A stretch of 60,000 bases of DNA from positions 932,001 through 992,000 of the forward strand of contig CM075992.1 in NCBI GenBank assembly GCA_038087875.1. Direction: 5' to 3'. This document shows, in pieces, positions 52,447 through 60,000 of this stretch. The notes beneath the pieces are model-generated. The model saw nothing but the letters and a program-made list of their open reading frames with translations. It was not told the origin of the DNA and ran no database searches. This DNA comes from Malacoraja senta (lineage: Eukaryota). Numbering within the stretch: position 1 is the stretch's first letter; every line of letters begins with the position of its first letter. The position numbers and the translations under genes were made by a program.

Positions 52447-54593
52447 AAGAACTGTAACTTTTAATAAATCTTCACCCTGGTACACACCTGCACTTCGTAA
52501 GCTGAAACAGATTGGTCGCCGACTTGAACGACTCATAAAGAAATCTCCTCTCACAGTCCACCATGAAGCTTACAAACTCCACCTCACTGCCTACAAAGAT
52601 GCCCTCATTGCTGCTAAATCTGCATACCTCTCCTCCATACTCACTGACCCCTGCCTAAACCACAGAACCCTCTTCTCCACAGTCTGCAACCTCCTCAAGC
52701 CTCGAGCCATCACTCTCCCTACCTCCACTCCGGATCTCTGCAACTCATTCCTCCACTTTTTTGCTGATAAAATTAGCACCATCTATCAATCCCTATCCCC
52801 TGTACCCGACTCCCCAGCATCTACTCCACCACCTACCAAGGCCCCTCCTTTCAACATCTCCGCTGATCTCCATACCCCTCCCCCTCACTGTTTCCTCTCC
52901 CAGTTTGACCCGGTCACCCCTACTGAAATCTCCAAACTCATCAGCTCTTCCAAACCCACTACCTGCTCCCTTGACCTCTCCCCACTCCCCTGCTGAAGTC
53001 CTGCCTCCCTGCTCTCTGCCCCTACCTCACTAATCTTTTCAACTCCTCATTGTCCCAAGGAATTGTCCCCTCTGCTTTCAAAACTGCTGCTGTCACGCCA
53101 ATCTTAAAGAAACCTGGTCTTGATCCCTCCTCTCTCATTAACTACCGCCCCATCTCAAACCTCCCCTTTCTTTCAAAAACCCTGGAGCGCATCGTCGCGT
53201 CACAACTTCATTCCCACCTCCTCGCGTATAACCTATTCGAACCCCTCCAATCTGGCTTTCGCCCCCTCCATAGCACAGAAACTGCTCTCCTCAAAGTCCT
53301 CAATGACCTCCTTACCTCTGCTGACTCTGGCTCCCTCAATATCCTCATCCTCCTCGACCTGAGTGCAGCCTTCGATACCGTCAACCACAACATCCTGCTC
53401 AACAGACTTAGGGACCTTGGCATTGAAGGTTCTGCACTCAGCTGGTTCCGTTCTTACCTTTCCAACCGATCCCACTTCATCTCTCTCCATAACCACACCT
53501 TTGCCACAGCCACTGTCACTCAAGGCGTTCCCCAAGGCTCCGTTCTTGGTCCCCTCCTCTTCATCATCTACATCCTCCCCCTTGGTCATATACTCCGTCA
53601 CTTCAACCTGGACTTCCACTGCTATGCTGATGACACCCAGATCTATCTCAGCACCAAGTCCCCCCACCACCCCCCTCTCTCCCATATCAACTCCTGCCTA
53701 TCAGCCATCAAATCTTGGATGCAACTCAACTTCCTTAAATTAAACAGTAGCAAAACAGAATTTCTCCTCATTGGCTCCAAATCAACACTCACTAAAATTA
53801 ACAACCCCACTCTCACTATCGACGGCACCACTGTCTCCCCATCTCCTCAGGCACGCAACCTTGGCGTGATCCTTGAATCAACCCTCTCCCTTGAGCCTCA
53901 CATCCGCCATGTTGTCAAAACATCATTTTTTCACCTCCGCAACATTGCAAAAATCAGATCCTCTCTCTCACACCCCCCGCTGCTGAAAGACTCATCCATG
54001 CCTTCATCTCCTCCCGACTGGACTACTGTAACTCTCTTCTTTTCGGAATCAATTCCAGCAGCATCAAACGACTCCAACTGGTCCAAAATGCAGCCGCTCG
54101 ACTCATTACCCACACCAAATCCTGGCACCACATCACCCCAGTTCTCAAAGAACTTCACTGGCTTCCCATTTCCCACCGGATCACCTACAAAATCCTGGTC
54201 CTCACCTACAAAGCCCTCAACAACCTGGCCCCCCCTTATCTCATTGACCTCCTCTCCCCCTACCAACCCTCACGGTCCCTCAGATCCACATCAGCTGGTC
54301 TCCTCTCCACTCCGAAATCAAACCTCTGCACTTTTGGAGGCAGAGCCTTCTCCAGGGCAGCTCCCAGGCTCTGGAATTCCCTCCCACAACCGGTCCGAAA
54401 TTCTGAGTCCCTCACCATCTTCCAGTCCCGCCTCAAGACCCATCTCTTCACCTCTGCATACCCTTAGTCCCATGTCCCCCTCCCCTCTGTCTTACTGCTC
54501 TATTTTGTTTTGTTTATTCCTGACTCTCAATTGTAAAGCGACTTTGAGTCCTGAAAAGCGCTATATAAATAAAATCTATTATTATTATTATTA
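52447..54593 (+). mobile_element. L2-clade LINE, 5'-truncated, RT domain
   Basis: [49 protein letters not shown] and YADDTQ motifs. Frameshift near 53970. L2-type end aaagcgctatataaataaa with (tta)n tail. Splits a minus-strand SINE (about 52345-52446 and 54594-54780). Confidence 0.93.
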
Positions 54594-55489
54594 CACATCG
54601 GGGGCGATTTGCAGACGTCAATTAACATATAAACCCACGCGCCTTTGAGAGATGTGGGAGAAAACTGCAGCACCCGGAGGAAACCCATGTGGTCACAGAA
54701 AGAACACGCAAATTCCACAGACAGCACCCGAGGTCAGAATTAAACCAGGGTCTCCGGTGCTGTGAGGCAGCAGATCTATCAGCTGTTATACTACAACTTA
54801 ATGATTGATATAATCAATGTTTAGGGCATGGATTATTCTATCTTGAGAAGAATTTCATTTTATATTTCATTTGATTCTTCTTTCTACAGTGTGTTTGCTT
54901 TTTTTGTTTCCAGTCCTATGAAAGGGAAGTAAAAGCATTCCCCGTGCTACCACTGAAGGTGGAGCCATGCTGTTGGGTTCTGCTCTATAAACATTGCATA
55001 ACCTATCTTTTATTAATAGTTAAGCCACAGCAGAAGGAGATGGCTGTGCTACAGAGCAGAAGATAGTCACAAAACAGCAAGGACCGGGGATTATGGAGAT
55101 TCAACCACAACTGAACTTCTCTGCTCACCCCTGAGACACTTTCCAGAAGCAAATCCTAGCCTCATTTTGATGTTTCTACAAAGTACTTTGGGAAATTTCC
55201 TGGCCCTCCCATTTTCAACTGCAAATATGCATGAAATGGATATATCAGCTGCTGTTATACACACTGAGTACACATCGCAAGACAATTCTGGCATTGTTGC
55301 CAGCTGGTAGTCAGCAGCACTAGCAAGGCACTAAGTGCAATTTAAATGCAACCTTACTGGGAAGGTAGGAGCATTCACCAGAGAAAATGGGACTGAGGTA
55401 CCTGGTTAGAGGGAAAATGTACAGGGTGAAAAGGCAGCATTATTATTAATTCTGGTCGTGAAAGATGATGGACAATGCTCAACAATGAC

Positions 55490-55770
55490 AGTTTAGTTTA
55501 GTTTCGTTAATTATTGTCCCGTGTACCGAGGTACAGTGAAAAGCTTTTGTTTGCGTGCTATCCAGTCATAGAAAACACCATAGATGAATACAATCAAGCC
55601 GTCCACAGTGCACAGAAAATGGATAAAGGTTATAACATTTAAGCAAAGGTGTAACATTGAAATGCGAGAAAGTCCGATTAAAGATAGCTCAAAGGTCTCT
55701 CATGAGGTTGGTGGGAGGTCAGGGCTGAACGCTAGCTGATAAGAGGACCATTCAGTTGCCTGATAACATC
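55490..55770 (-). mobile_element. LINE 3'-UTR-like repeat (Rex/L2-like), multi-copy
   Basis: ttattgtc.cgtgtaccgaggtacagtgaaaagctt; related copies at about 16020-16190, 22090-22200, 27235-27395 (opposite strand) and 47615-47840. Confidence 0.6.
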
Positions 55771-57751
55771 TGAAAGGGCCGGTCATGTTAAGGCTGAAAC
55801 ATTAACGCCCATTATATATTTCATATTTCCTTACAACATGTCGACCATTTAACCCATCAATTTTATACTGTGGCTCACAGAGGAATCTCATCCCCCCACC
55901 TATTTTCCCTGCAACCCATTCTATCCATATTCTGTCAAATCTACTGTTTTTGGGGAGGAGGGAGGAAATCAGAATACCCAGAGAAAACCCGGGAGAATGT
56001 GCAAATTCCATACCGACAGCACCAAGGGCCAGGGTTGAATCAAGGTAGCTGGTGCCAAATAGCGCCTCAGGACTGTGCCACCCTGCATTCAGCCAGAGAG
56101 ACCAAAGGGACGATCAGTCTTGGCTGACTTGAGACCCCATCATCACAGAATCCCATCATCAGCCAATTTGATTTATTCCAAGTGGTACCAAGAGATTGTT
56201 GAGGACACTGCATACAGCATGACTACAGACAGGATAATATCCTGGATGCAGATCTGAAGACCTGGATTCCATAACCGGATAAGCCCCTGTACAGTTATGG
56301 TTACAGTTATAACACTGGCATGTATTTGACAAGTTGAAAACGGCTTTGGGCGGAACATTTTGCTTTGGGGTATAACCGTATCTATCACTAGTTTCTGATT
56401 TCTGCCATCGCACGACCCATTGTTTATCTCAGAAAGCTCCAGACCATCATACATCTCAGATGATTTCTGTTATTTCCATGGTGCCAGAACCTTAGGAACC
56501 ACCATACAATTCAGTTATATCTGACTAAACTGGAATGAACGTTGAATTCTCCAATTCTAGGTAACTTATACAAACTCCTCCCTCTTGGCCTCACACCATA
56601 TCTAGCCAACCTCCTTGCCTGAAGTCATCTGTTGCCGGCTCCCATTTGTCCTGTTTTTTTCTCGCTTCCAGTTCAACCACCCCACCCCCCACTACAATCA
56701 GTCTGAAGAAGGATCCCAAACTAAATTGTTACCATTCCATTTTTCTCCCGAGATGCTGCCTGACCAGCTGAGTTACTCCAGCACTTTGTGTCTATCCTTC
56801 GTCTAGTTCTCACCTCTGTTGGAGTATAAACAATAGGTACAAATTCTAGGATATGTTTGGTGGTAAAGTAGAAATCGTTAAGAATATTCATTACTACTTG
56901 TCATCACCTTCAATGTTTTGTAAAACAAGGCACAATACCGCAACACCATATAGTAGCTGAAGGGTTCATTGACTGATTTTCAATGTAATCCAAACACAGG
57001 CAAATTCCTGAATAGATGAGGATGTTTAGGGCACCCTAAAGCCCATTCCTATAGTGCAAATGTGATACAGTCGGACTGTTACAACAGATACCACTGAATT
57101 ACTGGTACATAGGAGATATACTGCATGGAAATGGGCCCTTCGGCCCAACCTATCCGTGGTGACCATGTTGCCTTACCGAGCTAGTCCCACTTGCCCATCT
57201 CGCGCCAAACCTTTCTTATCCATGTAAAACTTCAGCATCCATTACTCATTTTGGACAGCCTGAAACCAGGGAAGATATGATGTAACTACAAGGCTCTCTT
57301 CCCTGGGCCTTAATGTCACTCTGTGCATGTGCAATTGGACTGAAGCAAAACAGGCTCTTACATGGCACTAGCTGCAATGGAGCAACATGCAGAGCACCAA
57401 CTGCAACAGAGTGACATGCATGGCATTGTAGACCTTCTTGATGATTCCTGAAATGAGTTCCTGCAGCTGTTTGGCAAGGCATAGTTAACCAAAAAAAACA
57501 TTTGCAATACCAAACTGAAAGATTCACAAGCTCATGAAACTCTCCCAGTAAATGTAGTTATAACATTCTTGGATCCCAACACTATACTGTTGAGAATTGA
57601 TTGCACTAGAAAGGCGATATTAAAAAGATTATTAAAGAAAGGGCATAAATATTTTACACCGTGGGAAATCAAGACAGAAGTACTCAGGCAATGAAGTTTA
57701 TAGTTGAGCAACAATGATCTAAGAGGAACTAGTATGATGGTTGGTTATGAC

Positions 57752-59874
57752 TAGAGCCAGGATTTTGCCATAAATGCCGTGCCTTTTCATGCCTTTTTTG
57801 ATGATTTCACCAGGATAATGTCTTTTTCATGATCGAGTGCCTAAATCAACTTTTTTTTAACCATTTTGCTAAAAGGTCGTGCTATTTTCTCTAGTTGTAC
57901 CATGATTACAATGACGTTTTCTATGATAACACGTTAATATTAATGTTATTATTAACGTGTTAACATATTATAACTTACAAGAAAACCGGGGGGCGCCACT
58001 GTTGGTCATTCAATCGTTCGTGCAGCTGCCCGCTGGTTCAGTCTTCTCCAAGACCTATTTAAGAAGGAACTGTAGATGCTGGAAAAATCGAAGGTAGAAA
58101 ATGCTGGAGAAACTCAGCGGGTGAGGCAGCATCTATGGAGAGTAGGAATAGGTGACATTTCGGGTTGAGACCCTTCTTCGGACTGATGTGGGGGGGGGGG
58201 CGGGAAAAAGAAAGGAAGAGGCGGAGACAGTAGGACTAGAAGGAGAGCTGGGAAGGGGAGGGGGAGTTGGGAGAAGAAAAGGGCTATCTAAAATTTGAGG
58301 TCAATGTTGGGGTGGAAGATTGCAACCTTCACGTGTTCCGCCCTGTTTCGACTACTGCAATCAACTCTATGTGCACAAACAGAAGATCAAATAGAACAAG
58401 TAGTCCTACAACTTTAGGCTGTGCACGCCACACGAAAGAAGAAGAGGTCAATGTTGATACCGCTGGGGTGTAGACTACCCAAGCTTGTCTTCTCACTATA
58501 TTTACTGCTGGCTCCAGTTGTAAATCTGAGTTTTCGAGTGATCTGTACAAGGCATTCATTGATGCTGGAATTCCACTGTGGAAATTAGAAAACAAACCTC
58601 TCAGAAGTTTTTTAGAGAAATACACAGAGGAACCTATACCAAGCGATTCATCATTACGGAAAAATTATGTTGACAGCAACTTCAACATTGTTGTGCAGAA
58701 AATTAGAGATGAAGTTGCATGCAACAAAATATGGATCTCAATAGACGAGACAACCAATGCTTTGGGGAGTTATGTTGCCAATGTGGTCATCGGTACACTG
58801 GAGGCAGGTCAACCATCAAAGGAGTTGACATCAGAAGTATTGGAGAAGCCAAACAGCTCAACTATTGCTCAGTTGTTTACATCTTCACTTGCTGTAGTTT
58901 GGCCAGAAGGTATAAACCACAAGAATGTTCTTCTGTTTGTGACTTAAAGTTTTATTCCCCAAAATGTTGCATTTGACATGCTTAGCTCAACAACTTCATA
59001 GAATTGCCAAGCACATACGTAGCTTGTTTCCAAATGTCGATTGGCTAGTTTCCAATGTCAAGAAAATCTTCCTCAAAGCACCGTCACGTGTGCAGTTGTT
59101 CAAGGAAATGGCACCCGAGATTCTGCTACCTCCTCAGCCTGTTTTGACAAGGTGGGGTACATGGCTCTCTGTTGTACTCTACTATGCTGCAAATTTTGAA
59201 AAGATAAAAGAAATCGTCAACTGTTTTTGAAGAAGAAGAATCTGCTGCAGTCAGCATCGTCAGTGAAATCATGCAGAAAAAGACCCTCCACCCCGATCTT
59301 GTGTATATTGCTTCCAATTTTGCAAACTTCCCACAATCTATCACTTCCCTTGAGAAACATGGCAAAACATTAGTGAATAACTTGCAGGTTTTCAACAAAG
59401 TAACTGACGATATTCGTAAAGTTCCTAGCGATGTAGGTAAAGACATACAAGGAGTGATTTTAGCTAACAAAGATCTTGAAGAAATAGAAAACATAGCTAA
59501 ACGTTTTCAAAGGTAGTTGTAATGTACAAGATATCAACATGAATATAGAGGCTGTAGCTTGTTTCAGGCACCAGTGACCTCAGCTAAGGTAGAAAGAAGT
59601 TTTTCACAACTGAAGCATATTCTGTCTGACGGCATAGTTTAACACCAGATAATTTGGAACAAAATGCTAATAATTATGTGCAACCAGGCAACTTTGGTCA
59701 TTTAAAGTAGTATACCTTTATATTATCATTTTTAACCATATTTTGGTGGTGGAAATAAATGCCTTTTATGCCTTTTTGTCAATAAATGCCCTTTTCGTGC
59801 CTTTTTTGTAATTTTATTATGCCTTTTTGCATGCCTATTTCAGAGTTTTTTAGTGCTTGAACATCCTGGCTCTA
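57752..59874 (+). mobile_element. hAT DNA transposon with decayed transposase (DUF659/CGGBP-like)
   Basis: TIRs TAGAGCCAGGAT / ATCCTGGCTCTA, 8-bp TSD gttatgac at 57744-57751 and 59875-59882, subterminal tgccttt repeats. Fragments IWISIDETT, HLTCLAQQLH, LTRWGTW and PVTSAKVERSFS. Confidence 0.93.
58058..58300 (-). mobile_element. Penelope-derived fragment nested in the hAT element
   Basis: Reverse complement of the 470-709 pseudo-LTR sequence. Confidence 0.8.
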
Positions 59875-60000
59875 GTTATGACTTTAATAAAACAATGGGT
59901 GTTTATGACATTAAAAGAGATAAATAATTATCTTGCAAAACTTGAACATTCAGTGGTCAGTGAAGAAGATCACAACGTGCAGGAAGGAACTGCAGATGCC

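Overview
Vertebrate genomic DNA. The repeat landscape (CR1/HER1-like LINEs, tRNA-derived V-SINE/HE1-like SINEs, abundant Penelope-derived repeats) points to a cartilaginous fish, probably a skate or ray; this is inferred. There are two protein-coding genes, both on the minus strand. (1) A PKA catalytic-subunit gene (PRKACA-like): exons 2-10 lie at 10511-48626 with canonical sizes 62/129/99/83/127/96/123/165/126 nt, and exon 1 was not found. (2) Immediately downstream, a SAMD1-like gene: a winged-helix exon 1 at 8277-8777 plus candidate downstream exons, with no SAM-domain exon visible. A 200-N gap lies between the two genes. Introns are packed with retroelements and also hold a complete-ended hAT DNA transposon and a decayed Harbinger-like Myb/SANT remnant. 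The most interesting signals are: a dispersed family of Penelope-derived short inserts carrying a minimal hammerhead-ribozyme core, including foldback copies with 13-15 bp target-site duplications; an unusually divergent PKA-C protein; and near-identical inverted CR1 copies bracketing exons 3-8, whose 657-nt back-splice circle would be a stop-free ORF. Most long ORFs in the supplied track are repeat or low-complexity artefacts.
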